53,107 bases of DNA from Verrucomicrobiota bacterium (GTDB lineage Bacteria > Verrucomicrobiota > Verrucomicrobiia > Limisphaerales > SXQI01). Within the stretch, counting starts at the first letter, position 1, and every line of letters starts with the position of its first letter. The stretch is from contig JANRLX010000088.1 in assembly GCA_033762115.1 (NCBI GenBank), positions 1 through 53,107 on the forward strand, read 5' to 3'. Shown in pieces: positions 36,390-45,397 of this stretch. A model generated the notes under the pieces. That model worked only from the letters and a program-made list of their open reading frames with translations. It searched no databases and was not told the origin of the DNA. The position numbers and the translations under genes were made by a program.

Positions 36390-37088
36390 TTACTTGCGAT
36401 TGCGGCGGACAGCATGTCCCAACGCCAACGCACCCAGAACAACACCGCCAGCGATGGTTGCTGGCTCAGGTACTGGAACACAATCCACACAAACATCTTT
36501 ATCACCCACTTTAACAGAACTTGGGTTGCCATTCAGCCCCTGAATATGTGCGGCTGTATAAACCGATTTCTTTTGCGTGGCGGTATCCATGTAGAGGAAA
36601 TCCTGCACGTCAATTGTCGTGCCGTTTTTTCCACGAAGGCGAAGAGTTACCCATTCATCATCGGTCGTGGCGCTGGTCGCCGAGCCAAATCGATAACTTG
36701 GACTGGTGCCGAAATCGAAACCGAAATCAAGGCGGAATACATTCAAACCTGTGCCGCTGGTATCAGTCAAAAAATTGAAAATCTTCGAACTGTCTGTTGG
36801 ATGATATGTGGTCGAGTTAGGAACAACCTCCAGTTTGGTCACTTCATGATAAAACTCAAAGCACCAGCTGCGCACCCAGCCACCGGCAGTATTATGCGCT
36901 CTCATGGTCAGTTCCACTTCATTCACACCAACGTCTGTAAATGTCGCGGAAAGCACCTGCTGCCCCGAAGGCACCTGCCAGGGGTCTGTTCCATCAATGC
37001 GTAAATCCAAATTAAAAACTGCGGTATCAGCATAAGAGATCGTACCAGCTACGCACGCCAGGATCGCCCCTTTGATCATTTTTTTCAT
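36390..37088 (-). CDS. PEP-CTERM sorting-domain exported protein
   Basis: Signal peptide MKKMIKGAILACVAGTISYA; C-terminal VPEPATIAGGVVLGALALGHAVRRNRK. Confidence 0.88.
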   Translation of the reverse strand: MKKMIKGAILACVAGTISYADTAVFNLDLRIDGTDPWQVPSGQQVLSATFTDVGVNEVELTMRAHNTAGGWVRSWCFEFYHEVTKLEVVPNSTTYHPTDSSKIFNFLTDTSGTGLNVFRLDFGFDFGTSPSYRFGSATSATTDDEWVTLRLRGKNGTTIDVQDFLYMDTATQKKSVYTAAHIQGLNGNPSSVKVGDKDVCVDCVPVPEPATIAGGVVLGALALGHAVRRNRK

Positions 37089-37119
37089 AAAGACAGCAAC
37101 TTAAATTAATTCAAGACAG

Positions 37120-37139
37120 TCCTGTCCTGAATATGGACA
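37120..37139. promoter_or_regulatory. Palindrome TCCTGTCC-N7-GGACA upstream of PEP-CTERM gene 2
   Basis: TCCTGTCC tgaatat GGACA; nearly the same distance from the start codon as the gene 1 site. Confidence 0.55.
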
Positions 37140-37232
37140 AATCAAGTATCCGAATATCAAGATGATTACAAGAAAAATTTAAGATTTTTTCAGGGTTTCC
37201 CTGATTAGCATAAGTTCCGAATCTCAAGGGAG

Positions 37233-38330
37233 TTATAGAGGCCTTTGAATCCATCCTCCACCAATGACCAGATCGTCCTGATAAAAAACTGCTGCCTGAC
37301 CAGGTGTCACGGCACGTTGTGGAATATGAAGGTGAACTTCTGCTGTTCCATTGGGAAGTGGTCTGACAGTCGCATTCACTCCGGGATGGTTGTAGCGGAT
37401 TTTTGCCGTTACCTCCACGGGCTGGGTCAATTCGTGAAAAGGGATCCAGTTGCATCGCTCCACCGTAAATCGGTCCTTTTCCAATGCTGAATCATCCCCC
37501 ACAATCACCCGATTTGTTGCGGGGTCCAGATCAATCACGTAAAGCGGTCGGCTGCTTGAAATCTGCAATCCTTTTCGTTGCCCGATCGTGAAGAACTCAA
37601 TTCCATCATGCCTGCCCAGCACCTGCCCCTGCAAATTGACAATTTCACCCTGGTGCTTTGTCACCAGTTTGGCGTCCGTAAGAAATTTTCCGTAATTTTT
37701 GTCCGGCACGAAGCAAATCTCCATGCTCTCCTCTTTCTCCGCCGTTTTGAGGTCTGCTTCCCGGGCCACCTCCCGCGTGTCCGCCTTGGTCAACTCCCCG
37801 AGCGGCATCAAAGTTTTGGCCAGTTGCTCCTGCTTCAGTGAAAAAAGAAAATAACTCTGGTCTTTGCGCGGATCACGACCCCGCTTTAACAGCATTCGCC
37901 CGTCACCCTGCTCAATCCGCGCATAATGCCCGGTGGCAATATAATCCGCTCCCAATTGACGCGCCCGGCTGATCAAGGTGCCGAATTTCAACCGTTCATT
38001 GCACATCACGCATGGGTTGGGGGTCCGGCCTGCCTTGTATTCCTCGGCGAAATATTGAATGACCTGCTTTTGGAATTCCTCAGCTTCATCCACCAGGTAA
38101 TAGGGGATATTCAGCTGATGGGAAACATTTCGCGCATCCATCACCGCCTGTGGCCCGCAACATTTGTCCTCTGCGCGTGAGATGCAATCCTGCGGCCAGA
38201 GTTTGAGTGTAATTCCCACGACATCGTAACCTTGTTCGATCAACAACTTCGCTGCCGCCGAGGAATCCACTCCTCCGCTCATTCCGACCACCACTCTGGT
38301 TTTCTTTTGCTCCACAGGAACAAACAGCAT
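37233..38330 (-). CDS. mnmA: tRNA 2-thiouridine(34) synthase
   Basis: MSGGVDSS, GRTPNPCVMCN, ATGHYA, KDQSYFL, ESMEICF, TIGQRKG, AVTPGQAAVFY. Confidence 0.96.
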   Translation of the reverse strand: MLFVPVEQKKTRVVVGMSGGVDSSAAAKLLIEQGYDVVGITLKLWPQDCISRAEDKCCGPQAVMDARNVSHQLNIPYYLVDEAEEFQKQVIQYFAEEYKAGRTPNPCVMCNERLKFGTLISRARQLGADYIATGHYARIEQGDGRMLLKRGRDPRKDQSYFLFSLKQEQLAKTLMPLGELTKADTREVAREADLKTAEKEESMEICFVPDKNYGKFLTDAKLVTKHQGEIVNLQGQVLGRHDGIEFFTIGQRKGLQISSSRPLYVIDLDPATNRVIVGDDSALEKDRFTVERCNWIPFHELTQPVEVTAKIRYNHPGVNATVRPLPNGTAEVHLHIPQRAVTPGQAAVFYQDDLVIGGGWIQRPL

Positions 38331-38467
38331 ACTGCCGACCTGTGTTCAGGGCAAGAAGCCCTGATCCTGCGTGATGTTGCCCTCCTCAAGCCAATCATGC
38401 GGGTGAATACATCTCATATTCATCATAAGAGTTGCGGGGAATGATTTGGTAAGCAGAGGAGGCAAAA

Positions 38468-38559
<92 letters not shown>

Positions 38560-38687
38560 AGTGAATTCGAAGATCGAAAGCAGCGCTGAATGTATAGCTG
38601 CCACGCTTCGGGGGTCAAGAGTCCGCAACAGTTTTTTCCAATATGGAATCACCAAATCAAATCACTCGGTTCCACAGTCTGGCTGAG

Positions 38688-40157
38688 CTATGAGATCGAG
38701 ATGTGCTGGCGGATTTTGAATTTCTCCACCCGTTTCCGGAGGGTGGCGCGGGTAATGCCAAGAATCTTTGCAGCCTGCACCTGGTTGCCATTGGTTTCGG
38801 CAAGCGCATTGATGATCAGTTCCCGTTCCACGGCTGGAATGACCTTGAACTTGGGGTCCTGACGAGCCCATTGAAAGAGCGCGGTGGAAAGCGCCGCCAA
38901 TTCGGAAGATTCTCCCGGTTTGCCAGAGACATTGCCTGGACGGGGAGGGGAAGTCACGGGGGGAACGGTGGCAGTCTCGTGAGATTTGCCGGAAAAAAGC
39001 TCAGCCGGAAGGTCGTTCAGCAAAATAGCGTCACCTTTGGCGACCACAATCGCACGCTGAATAACGTTCTCCAGTTCGCGGACATTCCCCGGCCAATGGT
39101 AGGTTTCCATGGCACGGATTGCTTCCCGGCTGATGGATTTCGGAGGCTGCTTTTGCGTTTGAGAATACTTTCGCAGGAAATAGTTAATCAAGAGGGGTGT
39201 ATCATCCGGTCGTTCACGCAATGCAGGCATCTGCACTCGCACCACGTTCAGGCGATAGAATAAATCCTCACGAAATTCACGAGCGGAGACAGCCTGCTCC
39301 AATGGTTTATTGGTCGCAGCGATGACCCGCACATCCACTTTTACCATCTGGTTGCCGCCCACCCGTTCAAAACTTCCGTTCTGTAAGACGCGAAGTATTT
39401 TTGTTTGGGTGGGCAAACTCATGTCGCCAATTTCATCGAGAAAAATGGTCCCCCCATTGCATTGCTCAAATTTGCCAACCCGTTGCGTGGTGGCCCCTGT
39501 GAATGCCCCTTTCTCATGTCCAAAAAGCTCGCTTTCGAGGAGGTTTTCCGGGATGGCGGCGCAGTTGATGGCCAGGAACGGTTTGGCGCTTCGCTGGCTG
39601 TGATGATAAATGGCGCGTGCGACCAGTTCCTTGCCGGTGCCGCTTTCACCGGTAATCAGCGCAGTGGCATCCGAGGCCGCGAGCTGGCCGATCAGTTTGA
39701 AAACTTTCTGCATCGGTTCGCTCCGGCCAACCACGCCGAGGTCGTAATCCTCTGATTCGAGAAGCGGTTGATAGGAGACAACCCGTTTCATGTCCTGAGC
39801 GGCCTTCAAGGCGTTAAAGATGATTTCCTTCAGCCGGGGGACGTCGAAAGGTTTGAGCAAATAATCATAGGCCCCCAGCTTCATCGCTTCGATGGCCGTT
39901 TGGGTGGTCCCGTAAGCAGTCATCATGATAACCGGGAGCTTGGCGTCAATCTGGCGGAGACGACGAAGGGTCTCAAGGCCGGTCATCCCACCCATTCGAA
40001 CGTCCATGACGACCAGGTCCGGCTTGAAGTTGGGGATTAATTTGAGGGCTTCCTCGCCGCTCGGGGCTGTCGCAATCTCGATCTCGGGAGAATCAAAAAT
40101 TCGCCGGAAGGAGTATTGAACATCCGCTTCATCATCAACTAACAACAATTTATGCAT
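38688..40157 (-). CDS. Sigma-54-dependent NtrC-family response regulator
   Basis: Receiver LLVDDE, GESGTGKE, ESELFGHEKGAFTGA, WPGNVRELEN, Fis-type HTH NQVQAAKILGITRATLRKR. Confidence 0.94.
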   Translation of the reverse strand: MHKLLLVDDEADVQYSFRRIFDSPEIEIATAPSGEEALKLIPNFKPDLVVMDVRMGGMTGLETLRRLRQIDAKLPVIMMTAYGTTQTAIEAMKLGAYDYLLKPFDVPRLKEIIFNALKAAQDMKRVVSYQPLLESEDYDLGVVGRSEPMQKVFKLIGQLAASDATALITGESGTGKELVARAIYHHSQRSAKPFLAINCAAIPENLLESELFGHEKGAFTGATTQRVGKFEQCNGGTIFLDEIGDMSLPTQTKILRVLQNGSFERVGGNQMVKVDVRVIAATNKPLEQAVSAREFREDLFYRLNVVRVQMPALRERPDDTPLLINYFLRKYSQTQKQPPKSISREAIRAMETYHWPGNVRELENVIQRAIVVAKGDAILLNDLPAELFSGKSHETATVPPVTSPPRPGNVSGKPGESSELAALSTALFQWARQDPKFKVIPAVERELIINALAETNGNQVQAAKILGITRATLRKRVEKFKIRQHISIS

Positions 40158-40418
40158 CGAGATCATGGCCGATTGCACTCGGCTTAGAGCGAAACCATAA
40201 TTGCCGTGGAGAGCTTGAACAGTGAAAAACGTTCATGCCGGGCATGAGGAATAGTATGGCTGGAAGGCGAAAAAAAGCCACTTGATCCTCTCCACCCTGT
40301 GTCTCGCGGAACTTTTGTCCATGCTTTGCGGAAACTTTTCGAAATGAGATGACGTCTCTTGAGTTAACCCGATTGCAAAAGAAATGGCTTTGTGTTCAGG
40401 AAAATATAAGATTCGCAT

Positions 40419-41078
40419 ATGATCAATATTTACATTCCTCGCCGCGCGTTTTTCTCCAGGCTCGCTCTTGCTGCCGCTGCCACTTCCCTGTCCGGGCCCT
40501 CTTTTGCTGAAGAGTTGACCAGGACTCCAGCCCAGACCGAGGGGCCCTTTTATCCGGACAAACTTCCACTGGACACTGATAATGATTTATTGGTGATCAA
40601 CGATTCGATTTCGGCTGCCGTAGGTGAGATCACCTGGGTGACTGGACGGATTTTGGATTCACGCGGGGAGCCTATTCGCAATGCTCTGGTGGAAATCTGG
40701 CAGTGCGATGTCAACGGGGCCTACCTCCATTCGGGCACAGACAACAACGCAAAAAGGGATGGGAACTTTCAGGGGTTCGGTCGGTTCCTGACCGGGACAA
40801 CCGGGGAGTATCTGTTCCGCACCATCAAACCGGTGGCTTACCCCGGAAGGACGCCGCACATTCATTACATGGTGAAGAGAAAAGGGGCGGAGAAGTTTAC
40901 AACGCAATGTTATATCAAGGGGGAACCGCAGAATGAGCGGGATGGGATCTGGAAGGGAATTCGCGATGCAAAAGCGCGTGAATCGGTGACTGTGGCTTTT
41001 GAACCGCTCAAGGGATCGAAGATCGGTGAGCTGACGGCGAAGTTTGACATCGTTCTCGGTGCCACACCCCAGGTTTGA
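40419..41078 (+). CDS. Intradiol ring-cleavage dioxygenase family protein with Tat signal
   Basis: PRRAFF twin-arginine motif; TEGPFYP, VEIWQCDVNGAY, TIKPVAYPGRTPHIH. Confidence 0.88.
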   Translation: MINIYIPRRAFFSRLALAAAATSLSGPSFAEELTRTPAQTEGPFYPDKLPLDTDNDLLVINDSISAAVGEITWVTGRILDSRGEPIRNALVEIWQCDVNGAYLHSGTDNNAKRDGNFQGFGRFLTGTTGEYLFRTIKPVAYPGRTPHIHYMVKRKGAEKFTTQCYIKGEPQNERDGIWKGIRDAKARESVTVAFEPLKGSKIGELTAKFDIVLGATPQV

Positions 41079-41200
41079 GCAAAAGCTGCCTGCTTCGCTA
41101 ACCGCCGCAGGTGTTCGGCGGAAGTGGAAAACTAAAGCTAATCCAGTGTTTTTCACACCATTGTCACTTTCATTCGGAAAAAAGAGGCTAAGCTCCGCCG

Positions 41201-42286
41201 ATGGCAAAAATTGCCTATAGTTGCTGCGGGGAGGGACAGGGCCATTCTTCGAGAACATATACCATCGTTCGGGCATTACAGGAACGAGGCCATGAAGTGC
41301 TGGTTTTCGCCAGTGGCAAGGCATTTGAGGTTCTGTCCCCCAAATTAAGCAAGGTGCTGCGGATTCCCGGGCTGAAGTTGATTTACGAAAAAAACAAGGT
41401 CGTCGTTCATAAATCGATCTTTGCCAATATTAATATTCTGCTCGCCCGAAAACCAGCGATTGCGGAGATCACACGAAACCTGCAAACGTTCAAGCCGGAC
41501 CTGGCGATCACCGATTTTGACCCTTATCTCCCATGGGCTGCCAAAAAGCTGGGTGTCCCCTTCATTTCGATCGATCATCAACATGTCCTTCCTTGTGTTG
41601 ATCCGATGGTGCCGCTCAACCTGCGGCTGGATTGGATCGCAACAAAAAAGATCGTGACGAGCATGCACTCCGGGGAGATGGCGAATCTTGCCACCTCCTT
41701 CTATTTTCCGGAACGGCTGTCGGGCCATGGGAATACCGAGTTTTTTCCTCCAATCCTCAGAGATGAAGTATTAAAGAGACAATCGGTGAATGAGGGACAT
41801 GTGCTTGTTTACCAGACGAGTCCCAGTTTCCAGCGTCTTCCGCAGATTTTGAAACAGATGCCGTTTGAATTCCGCATCTATGCTTTTGAAAGGGAGGGAC
41901 GGGATGGAAACCTGTTGTATCACCCCCGCAGCACGACCACTTTCCTGGATGACCTTGCGACTGCCGATTGGGTCCTGACAAATGGGGGATACACCTGCAT
42001 CAGTGAATCACTGTTTTACCGAAAACCGGTATTTGCTGTGCCGGTGGAGCGGCAGTTGGAGCAATGGGTCAATGCCTATTATCTGGAAAAACTTGGATAC
42101 GGGATGACCTGCTCGACACATGAGCTGTCAACGGATCGCCTGAAGCAATTTATTGAACGGAAGGAGAGTATCAGGAAAACCTTGCAGAACGGTTCGTTCT
42201 GCGGAAACGAGGCGATGATTGATAAAGTGACTTCATTCCTGCCGAATGCAAAGGAGGCAGCCATTCTTCCTGCCAGCTTGCGTTGA
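41201..42286 (+). CDS. MJ1255/VC2487-type GT-B glycosyltransferase
   Basis: YSCCGEGQGHSSR, PDLAITDFDP, ISIDHQ, TNGGYTCISE, QLEQWVNA. Confidence 0.85.
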   Translation: MAKIAYSCCGEGQGHSSRTYTIVRALQERGHEVLVFASGKAFEVLSPKLSKVLRIPGLKLIYEKNKVVVHKSIFANINILLARKPAIAEITRNLQTFKPDLAITDFDPYLPWAAKKLGVPFISIDHQHVLPCVDPMVPLNLRLDWIATKKIVTSMHSGEMANLATSFYFPERLSGHGNTEFFPPILRDEVLKRQSVNEGHVLVYQTSPSFQRLPQILKQMPFEFRIYAFEREGRDGNLLYHPRSTTTFLDDLATADWVLTNGGYTCISESLFYRKPVFAVPVERQLEQWVNAYYLEKLGYGMTCSTHELSTDRLKQFIERKESIRKTLQNGSFCGNEAMIDKVTSFLPNAKEAAILPASLR

Positions 42287-42313
42287 AGGTGCGCCTTACG
42301 TAGCGTTTGCCAG

Positions 42314-43618
42314 ATGAGAGTGGTGCGTTACACCGACGATGACTTTGCCGAACGGCTTGCTGAAATCACATCAACGTCCAGCCTGTTCGACCCTCTGATT
42401 GAGGAACGGACAAAAGCAATTATCGAGCAGGTCAAATCCCGTGGCGATGATGCATTGTTCGAATTAACGGAAAAATTCGACCGTGCTCTCCTGACGCCCG
42501 AGACGTTGACCGTGAGCGCAATCGAACGGTTCAATGCTTCCTTGGCCGTACCTTCCGGATTGAGAGCGGCAGTGGCTGCAGCGCACAAAAACATCGCGTC
42601 ATTCAACAAGAAAGCGTTGCGCAGGAATTGGTCCGGGCACAACTCTCATGGCGCCAGGGTGGGGGAGAAATTCGATCCCTTTCAACGAGTCGGGATTTAC
42701 ATTCCCGGAGGCACTGCACCTTTGGTTTCCACAGCACTGATGACCGTGACGCTTGCGAGGGTGGCGGGCTGCCAGGAAATCGTTGTCTGCTCCCCCTGCA
42801 CCGAAACCGGGGCATTAAATCCGGGACTGATTTTTGCGCTCAACGCGGCAGGGGCGACCGAGGTTTACAAACTGGGAGGCGCGCAGGCAATTGCCGCGAT
42901 GGCCCTGGGAACGAAAACTATTCGACCTGTTCAAAAAATCTTTGGTCCTGGAAATGCCTACGTGGTCGCTGCCAAACGATTGCTCTTTGGTCATGTGGCG
43001 GTGGATCTGCTCCCCGGCCCGAGTGAAGTTTTGGTATTGGCCGATGATTCGGCAAACCCATCTTTTGTGACGGCTGATCTGCTGGCGCAGGCGGAGCATG
43101 GCTCGGGGCATGAACGAGTCTGGTTGATTACCCCATCCACTCGGTTGGTGCGTGCGGTGGAAAAAGAAATCCCACGGCAGATTAAACGGCTCTCACGAGC
43201 GGATTATATTGCCAGGGCGCTCGATGCAAATGGGCGAATACTAGTCGTCAAGAGTATCGATCAGGGTGTGGAAATTACGAATCGTCTCGCACCGGAACAT
43301 TGTGAAATCATGTGCAAGGGAGCAGGGAAAATTGCAGAAAGGATCACCACTGCGGGTGCCATTTTTCTGGGGAATTTTTCCCCCACGGTGCTTGGGGATT
43401 ATGTGGCGGGGCCAAGCCATGAATTACCCACTGGCGGCGCAGGGCGGGCGTTCGCTGGCTTGACTGCGGATCAGTTTCAACGGCGGACAAGTGTGGTGGA
43501 GTATCAGGCGGGAAGCTTGAAACGCGCGGTAGCGGCGGTCGATGAATTCGCCCGTATTGAAGGGCTGGATGCACATGGCCGCTCTGCAACGATCCGTCTG
43601 GAGAAAGGAAAACGATGA
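42314..43618 (+). CDS. hisD: Histidinol dehydrogenase
   Basis: VGIYIPGG, GGAQAIAAMA, GPGNAYV, GPSEV, DLLAQAEH, APEH, GDYVAGPSHELPT. Confidence 0.96.
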   Translation: MRVVRYTDDDFAERLAEITSTSSLFDPLIEERTKAIIEQVKSRGDDALFELTEKFDRALLTPETLTVSAIERFNASLAVPSGLRAAVAAAHKNIASFNKKALRRNWSGHNSHGARVGEKFDPFQRVGIYIPGGTAPLVSTALMTVTLARVAGCQEIVVCSPCTETGALNPGLIFALNAAGATEVYKLGGAQAIAAMALGTKTIRPVQKIFGPGNAYVVAAKRLLFGHVAVDLLPGPSEVLVLADDSANPSFVTADLLAQAEHGSGHERVWLITPSTRLVRAVEKEIPRQIKRLSRADYIARALDANGRILVVKSIDQGVEITNRLAPEHCEIMCKGAGKIAERITTAGAIFLGNFSPTVLGDYVAGPSHELPTGGAGRAFAGLTADQFQRRTSVVEYQAGSLKRAVAAVDEFARIEGLDAHGRSATIRLEKGKR

Positions 43619-44736
43619 GTTCCACTCCTGGGAAATTTATTCGGCCGCTGGTGCAACAGCTTCATCCTTATGTGCCGGGTGAACAGCCAAAAATTTCGGG
43701 TTTGATCAAACTCAACACGAACGAGAATCCCTATCCGCCATCTGCCCGCGTGCTTGAGGCGATCAAGGCTGCCACAGATGCGCGGTTGAGGCTGTATCCG
43801 AATCCCACATCACAATTGCTGCGGGAAAAGTTGGCCGCGTTTCACAAGGTTGCGCCTGAAAACATTTTTGTGAGCAACGGTTCAGACGAGGCCCTGGCTC
43901 TTGCGGTAAGGGTTTTTGTGGAACCAGTTGAAACGGCAACAAATCCCTCGCGCGGAACGGTGCAATATTTCACTCCGAGTTATTCTCTCTATCCGGTGCT
44001 GGCGGAAATCCATGGGGCGCGGCAAAATCCCGTTCCACTCGCGGAGGAGTTCCAACTCCCGACAGTAAAAGAGTTGCGTAACGGGGGAGGCTGGGATTTT
44101 GATGCCGCATTGACCCTGGTCACCACTCCCAATGCCCCGACAGGAACAGGGTACGAGGTTGAGGCGCTTGCGACCCTTTGCAAGGCGCAACGCGGGATCG
44201 TGCTGCTCGACGAGGCATACGTGGATTTTGCGCGGCAGAATGCCCTGGAACTGGCAACGCGTTATTCAAACGTGCTGGTGGCACGGACCTTCTCCAAGGC
44301 TTATTCCCTTTGCTTTTTGCGCGTCGGTTATTGTGTGGGCCATCCTGATCTAATTCAGGCGCTGGACAAAATCCGGGACAGTTACAATGTCAATGGCCTT
44401 GGGCAGGTGGCGGCGCTGACAACGTTAAGCGACCTCAAGTATTATCGAACAAATTTCAAACGAATCATCTCTACTCGTCATCATGTGACGCAGGAGCTGA
44501 GAGGTTTGGGCTTTGAAGTGTTTCCGAGTGAGACCAATTTCATCCTGGTGCGCCCTCCTCTGGCGCCTGCGAAGGAATGGCTGCTGCAATTACGGGAAAA
44601 GAAGTTGCTGGTACGCTGGTTTGGCCACTCCGGCATGGAGGATTATCTGCGCATTACAATCGGCAGCGAAGAGGAGATGGAAATTTTTCTGGACCGCACA
44701 AAATCCATCCTCAAGGGATTCCAGCAGGCTACTTGA
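43615..44736 (+). CDS. hisC: Histidinol-phosphate aminotransferase
   Basis: YVPGEQP, KLNTNENPY, NGSDE, DEAYVDF, RTFSKAYSL; coupled to hisD. Confidence 0.94.
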   Translation: MSSTPGKFIRPLVQQLHPYVPGEQPKISGLIKLNTNENPYPPSARVLEAIKAATDARLRLYPNPTSQLLREKLAAFHKVAPENIFVSNGSDEALALAVRVFVEPVETATNPSRGTVQYFTPSYSLYPVLAEIHGARQNPVPLAEEFQLPTVKELRNGGGWDFDAALTLVTTPNAPTGTGYEVEALATLCKAQRGIVLLDEAYVDFARQNALELATRYSNVLVARTFSKAYSLCFLRVGYCVGHPDLIQALDKIRDSYNVNGLGQVAALTTLSDLKYYRTNFKRIISTRHHVTQELRGLGFEVFPSETNFILVRPPLAPAKEWLLQLREKKLLVRWFGHSGMEDYLRITIGSEEEMEIFLDRTKSILKGFQQAT

Positions 44737-45301
44737 CCATAATGAAATCTTTGATGCGATTGAATTCCGCCTCTTTGATTCCCTTGATTTTCATCACGTC
44801 CTGAATGGTGCGAAAGGGGCGGGCCGCAATGATCAATTTGGCTCGGTGAGGCCCAATGCGTGGCAGGGCTTCCAGTTCAGCCTGGGTGGCATGGTTAAGA
44901 TCCATTCGTTTTTCGACTGCTTTCGTTGGGCTGGCCAACGAGGATTGATGATGGATGCCTCCGATTCTCAGAAAAGGAGCGATTTCCTTAATTCGCGCTG
45001 GTCCAATTCCTTTCACCCGCTCCAGGTCCGAAACTGACCGGAAGGGACGTTGTTTGATGATTTCTGCAGCCAATGAAGGGCCGATTCCGGGCAAGGTTTC
45101 AAGGAGCTTTGCGTCCGCGCTGTTAATGTCGATTTTTGCCGGGTTGTTTGTGGAAAGTGGAACGATCTTGTTGGTTTGGACTGTGACCTTGGCTGGGAGA
45201 GGGAATGAATTAGTTTTATTGGTCTGTTCGGCAAAAGCAGGGATTGTCGCCAATATCATGGCAAAGAGAAAGAGAATCGACCATGGAGAGCCATTTCGCA
45301 T
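44729..45301 (-). CDS. Exported ComEA-like helix-hairpin-helix DNA-binding protein (two HhH domains)
   Basis: Signal peptide; IDINSA...LPGIGP...VKGIG and MDLNHAT...LPRIGP...IKGI. Confidence 0.85.
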   Translation of the reverse strand: MRNGSPWSILFLFAMILATIPAFAEQTNKTNSFPLPAKVTVQTNKIVPLSTNNPAKIDINSADAKLLETLPGIGPSLAAEIIKQRPFRSVSDLERVKGIGPARIKEIAPFLRIGGIHHQSSLASPTKAVEKRMDLNHATQAELEALPRIGPHRAKLIIAARPFRTIQDVMKIKGIKEAEFNRIKDFIMVK

Positions 45302-45397
45302 CTGATCCTTAGTTTGGCAGGATCATATCCAGGCGGCTGATGAAAATCAATCCGCCATTTCGTATGTTATATACACCCTGAGGGAAAAAGTCTTCGA

